Positions 20,356 to 30,831 of a DNA stretch of 64,000 nt are shown here, one piece after another. The position numbers and the translations under genes were made by a program. The notes under the pieces were generated by a model, which saw only the letters and a program-made list of their open reading frames with translations, was not told the DNA's origin and did no database searches. The stretch's first letter is position 1; each line of letters starts with the position of its first letter. The stretch spans positions 1,536,001 through 1,600,000 of the forward strand of contig OZ244239.1 in assembly GCA_965217115.1 (NCBI GenBank), written 5' to 3'. This DNA comes from Bdellovibrionales bacterium (GTDB taxonomy: Bacteria > Bdellovibrionota > Bdellovibrionia > Bdellovibrionales > CAYMLA01).

Positions 20356-22143
20356 TTGATGGAAGCATTGATGGAAACGACTGTTGAAGAACAAAAAGCG
20401 ATTGTTAAGGTCGAGGTAAAACGTTTTGTTGCTTTAGCCAAAGAGAAAAATCATATTTTTGTTGAGGAGATCAACGATCTTTTGCCAATTGAGGTGATAT
20501 CGATCGAAGCGCTTGATATGTTGATGTTGGCTTTAGAGGTCAATGGTGTTGATGTTAAGTCCTTAGCTCAAATGGAGAATGACAAAGAGGGTTTTCTATC
20601 TGATCCGACAGAAGAAGATGGAGTAGATGCTGAGGATCGAGCTGAAGAAGAGGCAGTGAAGGGCAATGACCCTGTTCGATTGTATTTGCGTAAAATGGGA
20701 AGCGTCTCTCTTTTGACCCGTGAGGGCGAAGTTGAGATTGCTAAAAGAATCGAGAATGGTGAGCGAGAGATTGTGATGGCAATCTTGATGTCTCCCATGG
20801 GAACCACTGAAATTATTCAGCTGGGTGAGAGATTGAATGCGGGAAAGATAAAATTAAAAGCTATCTTTCGTGGAATGGAGGATGAGGAAACTCAGTATAC
20901 TGAAGAGGAGTACTTAGAAAAAATCCATGAATTAATTGGTGAAATTAAAAAATATCAAAAAAAGGCACAACCCTTTTTTAATAAACTTCGTAATGAGTCT
21001 ATTACAACTGAAGAGAAACGAGAGATTCTTAAAAAGGTGGGAGAACAGAATGTCGTTTTGATGAATGGTTTTAATGCGGTTAACTTCAATCGCAAGACGA
21101 TCAATCGTATTGTGATTAAATTTAAAAACCTTGTGTCTCGAATGACGGAATTACGTAAGCGAGTGAATGAGGCGTTGAAAAAAGCATTTGCGAAAGATCT
21201 AGTGGAGATGAGTGCTCGCGTAAAATTAATTGCGAGTAATGAGAAGGAGTTGATTAGGCTAAATCGTGATACGGGTTTAAGTTATGATCAGTACAAGACC
21301 TATTGCTCTAGGGCGGAGGATGCTCAAAAGCGTTTGGCTCATATTCATGATGACACTCAGATGAACTTCTCCTGGATTCGCGACACTTACACGGCGATTT
21401 GGAAGGGTGAACATGCAGCTGATGAAGCTAAATCTGAGTTAGTTGAAGCGAATTTACGTCTAGTGGTCTCCATTGCTAAGAAGTACACAAACCGTGGTTT
21501 GCAGTTTTTGGATCTTATTCAAGAGGGCAACATCGGTTTGATGAAGGCTGTGGATAAATTTGAATATCGTCGTGGTTATAAGTTTTCGACCTATGCAACT
21601 TGGTGGATTCGTCAGGCGATTACGAGAGCTATTGCTGATCAAGCAAGAACGATTCGTATTCCTGTTCATATGATTGAAACAATTAATAAGCTGGTAAGAA
21701 CCTCTCGTTATTTGGTGCAGGAGTTGGGTCGAGAGCCGATGCCTGAGGAGATTGCGGAGAAGATGGATATGCCCGTGGACAAGGTCCGCAAGGTTCTTAA
21801 GATAGCTAAGGAACCAATCAGTCTAGAAACTCCTGTTGGAGAGGAGGAGGATTCTCATCTCGGTGATTTTATTGAAGATAAGAAAGTGATTAATCCTTCT
21901 GAGGCTATTGTAAATATGAATTTGGCGGAGCAAACTCGCCGAGTTTTATCAACGTTGACTCCGCGAGAGGAGAAAGTTTTACGTATGCGTTTTGGGATAG
22001 GTGAAGACAGTGATCACACTTTGGAAGAGGTGGGTCAGGATTTCAATGTAACCCGTGAGCGCATTCGTCAAATTGAAGCAAAGGCTTTAAGAAAATTACG
22101 TCATCCTAGCCGATCAGGTAAATTGAAATCATTTGTTGATTAG
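20356..22143 (+). CDS. rpoD: RNA polymerase sigma factor RpoD
   Basis: [37 protein letters not shown] and [21 protein letters not shown]. Confidence 0.99.
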   Translation: MMEALMETTVEEQKAIVKVEVKRFVALAKEKNHIFVEEINDLLPIEVISIEALDMLMLALEVNGVDVKSLAQMENDKEGFLSDPTEEDGVDAEDRAEEEAVKGNDPVRLYLRKMGSVSLLTREGEVEIAKRIENGEREIVMAILMSPMGTTEIIQLGERLNAGKIKLKAIFRGMEDEETQYTEEEYLEKIHELIGEIKKYQKKAQPFFNKLRNESITTEEKREILKKVGEQNVVLMNGFNAVNFNRKTINRIVIKFKNLVSRMTELRKRVNEALKKAFAKDLVEMSARVKLIASNEKELIRLNRDTGLSYDQYKTYCSRAEDAQKRLAHIHDDTQMNFSWIRDTYTAIWKGEHAADEAKSELVEANLRLVVSIAKKYTNRGLQFLDLIQEGNIGLMKAVDKFEYRRGYKFSTYATWWIRQAITRAIADQARTIRIPVHMIETINKLVRTSRYLVQELGREPMPEEIAEKMDMPVDKVRKVLKIAKEPISLETPVGEEEDSHLGDFIEDKKVINPSEAIVNMNLAEQTRRVLSTLTPREEKVLRMRFGIGEDSDHTLEEVGQDFNVTRERIRQIEAKALRKLRHPSRSGKLKSFVD

Positions 22144-22173
22144 CTACTGAGGACTCAGTGAAATATCTCTAGT

Positions 22174-22250
22174 GGGGGTTTAGCTTAGCTGGTTAAAGCA
22201 TTCGGCTCATAACCGAAGGATCCGGGGTTCGAGTCCCTGAGCCCCTACCA
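22174..22250 (+). tRNA. tRNA with CAT anticodon (probably Ile2/lysidine; elongator Met not excluded)
   Basis: Cloverleaf with TTCGG-CTCATAA-CCGAA arm, GTTCGAGTC and CCA; lacks initiator features; position after rpoD as for ileX. Confidence 0.92.
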
Positions 22251-22461
22251 TTTTATTAGGTCTTTTTAGCTGTAAGTTTAAAACCCAAGTAAGGTTCAAG
22301 TGTTAATAATTTTAATCTGAAGCAGGATTCTTTAGTCTTCTTTCACGAAATTTCAACCTATTTCACAATGTGGAACCTTTTAGTTGTTTGGAGTGTGTTT
22401 TATTTATTCTGTCATGCCATTGGTAGACCTGAAGTCCCTGTGACTTTGATTTGGCGACTTC

Positions 22462-22881
22462 ATCATAAAGTGATGAGTGGTATTGATAAACCTTGGGGTT
22501 GTCCAAGCCCTTTTAATAAAGAGGCTTGCACGAAGTGGAACAAGGTTTCTTCTGCAAAGATAAATCGTCGTGGGGAGGTGAGAGATGGAAATTAATATCT
22601 TAAACTTAAGTCCATCACATTGAGAAGAAGATGTCTGAAAACTCAGAGTCATCTGTCAGGTTTTCGTATCTCTTGCAGACGCTTCTTGAGAATACAGAAG
22701 GTCAAAGGGATAGGTCAGTATGATTGGGACTCCAATGGTTGTAAAAAGTATTGTTGATTCTGGGTTTACGGCTTTTACAAGTACGCTGACTTCAGTGGTG
22801 GCGATGACTATGGTTAGTGTAAAGGCTAAGGCTATGAGCCTTGCAGGGGCTGGAAAAAGAGCTTTTAAAAGATAATCTAAA
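22462..22881 (+). repeat. 420-bp direct repeat, copy 1 (decayed Cys/Trp-rich gene segment)
   Basis: Near-identical to 30310-30729 at a constant offset of 7848. Confidence 0.95.
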
Positions 22882-22943
22882 CATGAAGTCTTTATTTTTA
22901 AAGATGTCATATCCCAATTTTCTAACCACTTGGCCCATTTCAT
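22882..22943 (-). pseudogene. N-terminal stub (MKWAKWLENWDMTSLKIKT) truncated at the 420-bp repeat edge
   Basis: SD-preceded start directly after the DUF3892-like gene; the frame runs into the repeat. Confidence 0.5.
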
Positions 22944-22957
22944 TTATTAACCTTGAG

Positions 22958-23176
22958 TCATCCTAGATTGTTACTATTTTTTTTATCTGGGTTAGAGACT
23001 GGAGTTTTTACTCCATTAATTTCTCGAGTATGATAATCATCATAATTACCTTTATCAATCTTTTTAACAAATTCAGCACGAGTCATTTTAATTCCAGTAC
23101 TCTTATCTCTAAATAGCTGGTTTCTTCCTTTATTGTTTTCTGCTATAGTTTCGACTGTTTTTCCTTTCTTTCCCAT
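22958..23176 (-). CDS. DUF3892-like small protein
   Basis: 72 aa; MTRAEFVKKI and C-terminal SNPDKKNSNNLG; GGAGGA SD. Confidence 0.7.
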   Translation of the reverse strand: MGKKGKTVETIAENNKGRNQLFRDKSTGIKMTRAEFVKKIDKGNYDDYHTREINGVKTPVSNPDKKNSNNLG

Positions 23177-23643
23177 GCAATATCCTCCATTTAGTGTCCA
23201 CCTTCTCCACCAAGTATACTCTGAAAATTAAATCCCTCATCACCTAAAACCAAAGATGTGCCATTTTGCAACAAGTTTAGATGAAGATTTGTAGATTTTT
23301 TGTATGATTTCCTTGAGGATACGGAGAGTTTTTCCTGAAGCACGAGAATTTAGTTCTTGAATCATATTATTCATGGAGTTTTCTTTATAAGTCCAATGAG
23401 CATTATTTTTCAATTTTGACTTGCCTAAGAGCCTTTGGATTGAAGTTGGCAAGCTATTGATTCAAATAATTAACATTGAAGTTCCCTCAAAAAACTGGAG
23501 TGCGTAGCCTGGCTGTGGTGCACTAAATTAATCAATTTTTCTATCCAATAAAAAGCAGAAAGAAACACATTGGCGACATTGTTTAAAATCACAATACTTG
23601 ATGAGTTAAGTGTAGCTTAGTGTCTCTTTTTATTTATAGAAAA

Positions 23644-23669
23644 GTGTCCAGTTTTTTGGGGGAAGTACA
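23644..23669. mobile_element. Orphan IS3-type terminal inverted repeat
   Basis: GTGTCCAGTTTTTTGGGGGAAGTACA, similar to the end of the IS3 at 27440-27464. Confidence 0.55.
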
Positions 23670-23686
23670 TTGTGCCCCCTATCTTC

Positions 23687-24301
23687 TTATTTTTTGAGGC
23701 CCTCTATTGGATATGCGCATAGATATAATCGTTCTATTTGGTCGCAAAGCTGCGTAAATTCATATCCTCCTACTAACAATTCAACATATCCATCTTGGAA
23801 TCCTATTTCTCCATTTTCTCCAGTGATACGAAAGCTTCCATGCGCAATAGAGTTTCTAATGCGGCGACATAATCCAATTGGAAGCTCTGTGCTTATAGTT
23901 TGTTGATTTTCGTCTTTCTCAAATATCTGCTTAAACAAATGTAGTGATGATGATTTATCAATGGAGATCAACTGAGATTCAAGCAAATCATTTCTCATGC
24001 ATATAAAGACAGCGTAGGCCCTTAGGATTACTTGTCCCCAAACAAGACAAAATTTACTAGTGGAATCAGAATAATTATGCTCAAGCACTGGAATTTTCTT
24101 AGCCAAACCGTTTAGCATCAGAGAATTTCTAAAATAAGTTTCTTTCAATTGCGAATCTTGGAGAGTGTCAGCGATATCTTTATTGGGAATATTTTTTAAC
24201 TTTTCAACAATTTTAGATAAGTTGATAGCGGTCAGGTGGAATGATTTGTTAGGCATAGCCTTTCCTTTTTTGGTCTTGAATATGACATTCATGATGAACA
24301 A
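23687..24301 (-). CDS. HEPN-like domain protein
   Basis: RRIRNSIAHG (Rx4H) motif near the C-terminus of an otherwise orphan protein. Confidence 0.55.
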   Translation of the reverse strand: MFIMNVIFKTKKGKAMPNKSFHLTAINLSKIVEKLKNIPNKDIADTLQDSQLKETYFRNSLMLNGLAKKIPVLEHNYSDSTSKFCLVWGQVILRAYAVFICMRNDLLESQLISIDKSSSLHLFKQIFEKDENQQTISTELPIGLCRRIRNSIAHGSFRITGENGEIGFQDGYVELLVGGYEFTQLCDQIERLYLCAYPIEGLKK

Positions 24302-24443
24302 GCCTTACATTGCTTTCTTGGTATCCAAGAAATGCCTCGAACCGATCAAGTTCGGAGCCTTTTTCAATAAGAGATTTTTTACACAAAGCACAAATGCCTT
24401 TTTAATATTTCCACAAAAAAAGCCCAAGGCAGAATACAAATAA

Positions 24444-24477
24444 AAAAAGGCTACAAATTAAATTGTAGCCTTTTTTA
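24444..24477 (-). terminator. Bidirectional intrinsic terminator of paralog 1
   Basis: AAAAAAGGCTACAA-ATTAAA-TTGTAGCCTTTTTT. Confidence 0.85.
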
Positions 24478-24496
24478 GATAGGAAAGTTAATATTT

Positions 24497-25027
24497 TTAA
24501 TAAACTTTTTTAAAGTAATAGCAATTTGCAATAACAGTATGAGTATTCAGATCAAAAACCTGACCCACAAAATAATCTCCATATTTTTTTAATGAGTAGT
24601 GTGTAAATTCATTTGCAGATACTAAAGAGCCCTCCTGTTCCTTGGTGGTAAAGACCTCATTATCGAACATCCGTGTAAGTTCTTTCACATCATTTTTAAA
24701 TTCTGATAAATTATTATCAAAATAGTTCGCTGGTAGGGTTCTTCTATCAGAAACAAATATCATTTGCTGTGCTGTCCTTGGAGGAAAGTCGTTACGATTA
24801 TCTGGATGTATAATTACGCGATATGTTAATAGTCCAGCTTCTGGCTTGCTTGGCTTTCTTGCATTGTAACATCTTCCAGACCACCAACCAAAAATTTCTT
24901 CTTTTGTAGGTAGGGTTCCTTGGTCAAACATCTCTCCGAGTTCTTCAAAATCAGTGGGAAATTCTGATGCTGCATGGACATTGCTAAATGCTAGGCATGA
25001 TAAGAGAACAATAGATAGAAACTTCAT
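24497..25027 (-). CDS. Secreted protein, paralog family copy 1
   Basis: Signal peptide MKFLSIVLLSCLAFSNVHA; GWWSGRCY...ANCYYFKKVY. Confidence 0.9.
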   Translation of the reverse strand: MKFLSIVLLSCLAFSNVHAASEFPTDFEELGEMFDQGTLPTKEEIFGWWSGRCYNARKPSKPEAGLLTYRVIIHPDNRNDFPPRTAQQMIFVSDRRTLPANYFDNNLSEFKNDVKELTRMFDNEVFTTKEQEGSLVSANEFTHYSLKKYGDYFVGQVFDLNTHTVIANCYYFKKVY

Positions 25028-25132
25028 TTCAACTCCTTATTTATATTGCCTACTTAGGCAATGGTTTTGTTACGAGCTTTACCGCTCATAAAGTTATTGT
25101 GCTTTATTTAAAACACACAGCCTATTTAACAG
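25028..25132 (-). promoter_or_regulatory. Shared 5' leader module (truncated by an IS end)
   Basis: ATTGCCTACTTAGGCAAT palindrome, GAGC..GCTC hairpin and TATTTAAAACACACAG. Confidence 0.75.
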
Positions 25133-25133
25133 T

Positions 25134-25182
25134 TCACAGATGGGGCTTTTTATTTTGTGTCCCATTTTTGGGGTACAGATCA
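25134..25182. mobile_element. Solo IS3 left end (49 bp)
   Basis: Identical to 27416-27464; joined to a half terminator TAAATTGTAGCC. Confidence 0.93.
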
Positions 25183-25221
25183 TAAATTGTAGCCTTTTTT
25201 TAGATAAGAAAGTTAATATTT

Positions 25222-25746
25222 TTAATAAACTTTTTTAAAGAAATAGCAATTTGCATAAACACCCCTAAGATAATGAGAAGACTGGCCCACAAAATAATCT
25301 CTATATTTTCTTAGTGAGAAGATTACAGATCCATCTGTAGCTAAAGAACCCTCCTTTTCCTCGGTGATAAATTTCTGATTACCACGGTCCCTTATACGTT
25401 GTGTCACATTACCTTTAAACCTTGATAAATCATTATCAAAAGAGTTCGCTGGTGCTTTTGTTGTTGGACGATGAAACATCATTTGATGTGCTGTCTTTGG
25501 GGGGAAATCGCCACCATTATCTGGGTGTATATTTATGCGAGATGTTAATAGGCCAGCTACTGGTTCGCTTGGCGCTTTTGCTGTGTAACATCTTCCAGAC
25601 CACCAACCAAAAGTTTCTTCTTCTGTAGGTAGGGTTCCTTGGTCAAACATCTCTCCGAGTTCTTCAAAATTAGTGGGAAATTCTGATGCTGCATGGACAT
25701 TGCTAAATGCTAGGCATGATAAGAGAACAATAGATAGAAACTTCAT
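25222..25746 (-). CDS. Secreted protein, paralog family copy 2
   Basis: Same N-terminus and C-terminal NCYFFKKVY as copy 1; divergent middle. Confidence 0.9.
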   Translation of the reverse strand: MKFLSIVLLSCLAFSNVHAASEFPTNFEELGEMFDQGTLPTEEETFGWWSGRCYTAKAPSEPVAGLLTSRINIHPDNGGDFPPKTAHQMMFHRPTTKAPANSFDNDLSRFKGNVTQRIRDRGNQKFITEEKEGSLATDGSVIFSLRKYRDYFVGQSSHYLRGVYANCYFFKKVY

Positions 25747-25986
25747 TTCAACTCCTTATTTATATTGCCTACTTAGGCAATGGTTTTGTTACGAGCTTTA
25801 CTGCTCATATACTTATTGCGTTTTATTTAAAACACACAGTCTATTTAACAGTTTTTCTATAAATGTCTACAATTATAATAATGGATTCACTAGTACCTAA
25901 AAAAAACCTACAATGCAAAAAAACTAAATAAAAACAAATATTTAACCAAGGCCACTCTCTTTTAATAAAACAAAAAGGAGTCAAAA

Positions 25987-26072
25987 ATGCTTCAACAAAC
26001 AGCTAGAAAATACTTTGAAGTCTGGGGAGACACTCAATCTCAAAACACTTTTCTAAAAGGCCTACTCATACT
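25987..26072 (+). pseudogene. Gene stub MLQQTARKYFEVWGDTQSQNTFLKGLLI cut by the IS3 right end
   Basis: AAGGAG SD and an open frame running into the inverted repeat. Confidence 0.5.
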
Positions 26073-26122
26073 TGATCTGTACCCCAAAAATGGGACAGGT
26101 TAATAAAAGGCCCAAGTTAAAA

Positions 26123-27012
26123 ATTAAGATGCCTTCGATATTCACTCGGGGGCATCTTTTTTAGTCCTAACTGTGGACGTCTATGGTTATAATACTTTAT
26201 TTTCTTCGTCACTTCTTTTTTACATCTTCAAGTGTTTTACATTCTTTCAAATCTAGATGATCTTTTAGAAGTCCAAAAAACTTTCTATTGGTGCATTATC
26301 TAAACAATTTCCTTTTCTACTCATTGATTGAGTTACCCCTTTTCTTGCAAGTTTGTCTCTAAAGCTAAAATGAGTAAAGTGGAGTCCTTGATCAGAATGC
26401 ACAACAAGCCCCTCTAAAACCTCCTCTGATAAGTTTTTTAGTGTTTTATCAATCGCTCTATTACTCATCCCCAAATCAATTTTATTAGAAACATCAAAAC
26501 CAACAACCTCCTTTGTCCCAATATCTTTAACAGCTGCAAGGTAAGCTTTTTTATTCTCATATTGAAGGGTCGTTATATCTATTGAATAAATTTGATCTGG
26601 CTTCAAATCTTTAAAGTTTCTATCAACTAAGTTTGCACATGTTTCATGCTCAAGTTTCTTTTTAGAAAAACAACGATGTTTGTTCTTCTTTCTAATCTGA
26701 GTCTCCAATCCAAATTTCTTTTTTATCCGTGCAATTCTTTTATGGTTCAGAACAAGTCCCTCTCCAAGCTCTATAGACATCTTCAATTGCCTTATCCCAT
26801 CTCTACCCTTGCTTTTTTGATAATACTTTTTAATGATTTTAAACAAGTCTTTGTCACGTTTACTCATTTTAAGATTTGTTCGATAGTAATTACTTTTTGA
26901 TATCTTAAATTGATGTAGAAGATAACTTACGCGAATACATTTTCTTTTTATTTTGGCCTTAGCTATTTGTATTTTTAAGATTTCTTTTTCGCTAAGGCCT
27001 TCTTCTTTTTTA
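26123..27012 (-). pseudogene. IS3 OrfB DDE transposase, frameshifted near the C-terminus
   Basis: SIDIT, HSDQG and SMSRKGNCLDNAPIESF; the downstream GLLKDHL and YYNHRRPQ segments need +1 nt in two homopolymers; -1 frame to orfA. Confidence 0.85.
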
Positions 27013-27382
27013 GCTCTTCAATGACTCCTTCTTGAACATCAATAATCGCCAAAAGCTCATCATAACTTAGATTCTCATAATTTATTTTTTTGGGCCTTCC
27101 CGAACTACCAAGCCCTCGATATTCAGTGAAAAATGAGCTTTTCCCTAGGGTTTGATGTTTCTCCCTCCATTTTTTAATGCTGTTTACAGGATAAGTTGAA
27201 ATAAAAAAACTTAAATCAATATCTGCATCTTTAAAAATGAGAACTTGGCTCTTCCCTCTAAAATACTCTTCTACTGCATGAATCTTAAATTCAGGAGTAA
27301 AAACAACGTGCTTTTTAGTTAATTTTTCTACATTAGGGTTCTCAAGAAGCTTTTGCCTTTGAAATTTAGATAGTTTATGCAT
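26975..27382 (-). CDS. IS3 OrfA (HTH)
   Basis: FTPEFKIHAV, GRPKK and ELKKKKAL; CTAAAAAAG slippery site. Confidence 0.9.
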   Translation of the reverse strand: MHKLSKFQRQKLLENPNVEKLTKKHVVFTPEFKIHAVEEYFRGKSQVLIFKDADIDLSFFISTYPVNSIKKWREKHQTLGKSSFFTEYRGLGSSGRPKKINYENLSYDELLAIIDVQEGVIEELKKKKALAKKKS

Positions 27383-27504
27383 TTCTGTACTCCTAAAACA
27401 ATAAACCCCATCATATCACAGATGGGGCTTTTTATTTTGTGTCCCATTTTTGGGGTACAGATCATTAAATTGTAGCCTTTTTTTAGATAGGAAAGTTAAT
27501 ATTT

Positions 27505-28035
27505 TTAATAAACTTTTTTAAAGTAATAGCAATTTGCAATAACAGTATGAGTATTCAGATAAATAATCTGACCCACAAAATAATCTCCATATTTTTTTAA
27601 TGAGTAGTGTGTATATTTATCTGCAGATACTAAAGAGCTCTCCTGTTCCTTGGTGGTAAAGACCTCATTATCGAACATCCGTGTAAGTTTTTTCACACCA
27701 TTTTTAAACTCTGATAAATTATTATCATAATAGTTCGCTGGTGGGGTTCCTGTACTAGAAACAAATATCATTTGCTGTGCTGTCCTTGGAGGAAAGTCGT
27801 TACGATTATCTGGATGTATAATTACGCGATATGTTAATAGTCCAGCTGTTGGCTTGCTTGGCTCTCCTCCTCTGTAACATCTTCCAGACCACCAACCAAA
27901 AGTTTCTTCTTTTGTAGGTAGGGTTCCTTGGTCAAACATCTCTCCGAGTTCTTCAAAATCAGTGGAAAGCTCTGATGCTGCATGGACACTGCTAAATGCT
28001 AGGCATGAGAAGATAACAATAGATAAAAACTTCAT
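27505..28035 (-). CDS. Secreted protein, paralog family copy 3
   Basis: Closest to copy 1 in the core; same flanks. Confidence 0.9.
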   Translation of the reverse strand: MKFLSIVIFSCLAFSSVHAASELSTDFEELGEMFDQGTLPTKEETFGWWSGRCYRGGEPSKPTAGLLTYRVIIHPDNRNDFPPRTAQQMIFVSSTGTPPANYYDNNLSEFKNGVKKLTRMFDNEVFTTKEQESSLVSADKYTHYSLKKYGDYFVGQIIYLNTHTVIANCYYFKKVY

Positions 28036-28305
28036 TACAACTCCTTATTTATATTGCCTATTTAGGCAATGGTTTTATTATGAGGCTTACCGCCCATAAA
28101 TTTATTGCGTTTTATTTAAAACACACAGTTTATTTAACAGTTTTTCTATAAATGTCTACAATTATAATTGTAGCCTCAAATCGTAATAAATTCACCGAAT
28201 TGACTCATAAATAATCAGATCGAAGAGGCCTGGAGTCCTAGAATTAAGATTTGTACTTAGGATTCTAGGTATGTAAAAATTATATTTCCTACGGAAGAAC
28301 AAGTA

Positions 28306-28864
28306 ATGCAGGCTAAGGAGCTTAGAATTTTCTGTCATCAAATTGGACTCAGAGAGGCCAAATTTCATGATCTAAGAGAGACGTATATTACAAATTTACT
28401 GAGTAATGGAGTCGGAATTAGTAAGGTTATGAAGCAAGTAGTTAAAACAGTTTTACAGTATGTGACTGTTGATGAGAAGAGAAAGAAAACACTGGATAAC
28501 TCGCTCCAAGATATTGAGCAAATTTCTGAGAATCTTCTCATTAAATACAGAGAGGATGAGAAAGAAGGATTCGATGACAGTGCTTGTCTTATCTCATTTT
28601 GGGAATCAAAAAAAAATTGAACATAGTGATAGAGGTATAGAATTTACTGAGAGTATAAAATGGAACGATTTAGATAAGATCAAAGAATCTATTGGCCTTA
28701 AAAGAACACTCTCAAACATCATCAACAATGCCGTAGAAGCGGTAGAACCAGGCAATGGGATAGGGCTTTTAAATGCTCAGAAGTATATTGACTCTGTTGG
28801 TGGGACTTTGAGGATTAAAGGTCTAACTAAGAACACAACGATTAAATGCATTGTTCGATCTTGA
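28306..28864 (+). pseudogene. Chimeric remnant: tyrosine-recombinase C-terminal fragment followed by a histidine-kinase HATPase fragment
   Basis: KFHDLRETYITNLLSNG (HxxR box) in one frame; RTLSNIINNAVEA..GNGIGL in the next. Confidence 0.7.
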
Positions 28865-28910
28865 CCTTTATATTTGAATGTGATTGCTTTGGTGGCAAAG
28901 GAGGTTGTTT

Positions 28911-30215
28911 GTGAGTCATGGTAGTCGAATATATAAACTAGAAGAGGTTTTTGTTAAGAGTGGAGTGCCACTTCATACCTTTGTTGATCGAGAAATCTTG
29001 AAGAAAGAATTAGAATCAAATATTACTTTGAGAAGTAACGCGATATTTTTTCTTGGATATTCAAAAAGCGGAAAAACTGTTTTTAGAAAAAAATATTTTG
29101 ATTCCACTAACGAATTTGAAGAATGTCTTTTTCGCTGCTCCAGAGATTCAACAAAGGAGCAGTTATACAATTTTATGGCAAACGAGTTTCAAATACATCC
29201 TCCAAGTTCAACGACAGAAACAAATTCTTCTTCAAATGAAGGGAGAATTTCCTTGGGAATCAGTAATCTCAAGCTATTAGGGAAAAAGAATAACTTAGTC
29301 TCAAAGTCAACGACCTCGCAAAATTTAACTGATAAAATTGATGTTAATTACCTTTGTAAAAGTATACCTAGTAATTCAAAAAAGATAATTGTTCTAGAAG
29401 ATTATCATCTTTTAGACAGAGATTTTACAGAATCTTTTACTGAAGATTTAAAACATTTTTTAGATCAAGAGATTGTTTTTATTATTATAGGAATTCCAAG
29501 TTCTCCAGATAGAACGTTTGCAGCAAACCCTGATTTAACGGGGCGTGTAAAAGGGCTGAATTTTGATTATCTAACAGAGGAAGAGTCAAGAAAACTTATT
29601 AGTAAAGGGGAAAAATGTTTAAATATTCGTATTGATGATGAGTCAAAGAAACAAATTTTTGAAAAATCTTTTGGGAATGCCTATTTGATTCAGTCAATAT
29701 GCCAGGAAGTTTTTAGGAAAAGTAATGTTGAGAGTACATCAGAAATAGAAAAAGTTATTAATGTTTTGGACTCTATAGATACGGCGTGTAGAGAACTGGC
29801 AAGTAGTTTAAAGAATGATTATTCATCTATTATGGAAGTAATAATTAAAGGGGCAAGAAAACAACAGGAGGGAAAAGCTTTTAATCAATATGAGGAAATT
29901 TTAAAATCGATTAAATCTACAGATATAAGTGACTTAGAAAAAGGCTTAAGCCATACTACAATAGCGAGCAATACATGGAGTTCTTTTGGAGAAGAAACCA
30001 TTAATAAATTTGTCAAAAAAGAAAAAAAATATCAAAGTGAAAAGTCATTTAAAGGGTCTGTACAGAGTCAAATAACTTCAGCTTTGAATTCTTTAGAAGA
30101 AAATTTTAAAAAAGCAAATGCAAGAAAGATAATCCATGTATATGAAAAAACTTTATATTTAAGTGATATTGTTTTTAAATTTTATCTTGATTGGAGTGAG
30201 GATAGTGTTTATTGA
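28911..30215 (+). CDS. P-loop NTPase (AAA+/STAND-like) of unknown function
   Basis: Walker A GYSKSGKT and Walker B IIVLEDYH; GTG start behind GGAGG; AT-rich. Confidence 0.8.
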   Translation: MSHGSRIYKLEEVFVKSGVPLHTFVDREILKKELESNITLRSNAIFFLGYSKSGKTVFRKKYFDSTNEFEECLFRCSRDSTKEQLYNFMANEFQIHPPSSTTETNSSSNEGRISLGISNLKLLGKKNNLVSKSTTSQNLTDKIDVNYLCKSIPSNSKKIIVLEDYHLLDRDFTESFTEDLKHFLDQEIVFIIIGIPSSPDRTFAANPDLTGRVKGLNFDYLTEEESRKLISKGEKCLNIRIDDESKKQIFEKSFGNAYLIQSICQEVFRKSNVESTSEIEKVINVLDSIDTACRELASSLKNDYSSIMEVIIKGARKQQEGKAFNQYEEILKSIKSTDISDLEKGLSHTTIASNTWSSFGEETINKFVKKEKKYQSEKSFKGSVQSQITSALNSLEENFKKANARKIIHVYEKTLYLSDIVFKFYLDWSEDSVY

Positions 30216-30309
30216 AGAATAAAACAAATGTAGTTAAATAGTATTCTGTATTAATAAAAAGAAAACGAATTTAGAAATTATGTGACCTATATATGAACTA
30301 TAGTTCAAA

Positions 30310-30729
30310 ATCATAAAGTGATGAGTGGTATTGATAAACCTTGGGGTTGTCCAAGCCCTTTTAATAAAGAGGCTTGCACGAAGTGGAACAAGGTTTCTTC
30401 TGCAAAGATAAATCGTCGTGGGGAGGTGAGAGATGGAAATTAATATCTTAAACTTAAGTCCATCACACTGAGAAGAAGATGTCTGAAAACCCAGAGTTAT
30501 CTGTCAGGTTTTCGTATCTCTTGCAGACGCTTCTTGAGAATACAGAAGGTCAAAGGGATAGGTCAGTATGATTGGGACTCCAATGGTTGTAAAAAGTATT
30601 GTTGGGTCTGGGTTTACGGCTTTTACAAGTACGCTGACTTCAGTGGTGGAGATGACTATGCTTAGTGTAAAGGCTAAGGCTATGAGCCTTGCAGGGGCTG
30701 GAAAAAGGTCTTTTAAAAGACAGTCTAAA
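30310..30729 (+). repeat. 420-bp direct repeat, copy 2
   Basis: Near-identical to 22462-22881. Confidence 0.95.
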
Positions 30730-30831
30730 TAATAGCTACAGTTAAAAAATTACTTACAAAAAATCCAGGCCAGCTTACAAATAAAAAAGGCTACAAATCA
30801 TTAAATTGTAGCCTTTTTTTAGATAGAAAAA

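Larger units (their letters stand above)
26073..27464 (-). mobile_element. IS3-family insertion sequence (1392 bp)
   Basis: 25-bp perfect inverted repeats TGATCTGTACCCCAAAAATGGGACA; orfA/orfB with an A6G slip site; no target duplication. Confidence 0.95.

Noticed and set aside
22368..22870. Stop-codon recoding in the repeat's Cys/Trp-rich frame
   Set aside because: Neighbouring genes use TAA, TAG and TGA as ordinary stops; pseudogenisation is simpler
22720..22875. 51-aa ORF MIGTPMVVKS.. present in both 420-bp repeats
   Set aside because: Differences between the copies are mostly non-synonymous in this frame; another frame looks more like the ancestral gene
28306..28620. Functional island integrase
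   Set aside because: Only a short HxxR-box fragment fused to unrelated sequence; the other catalytic regions are missing
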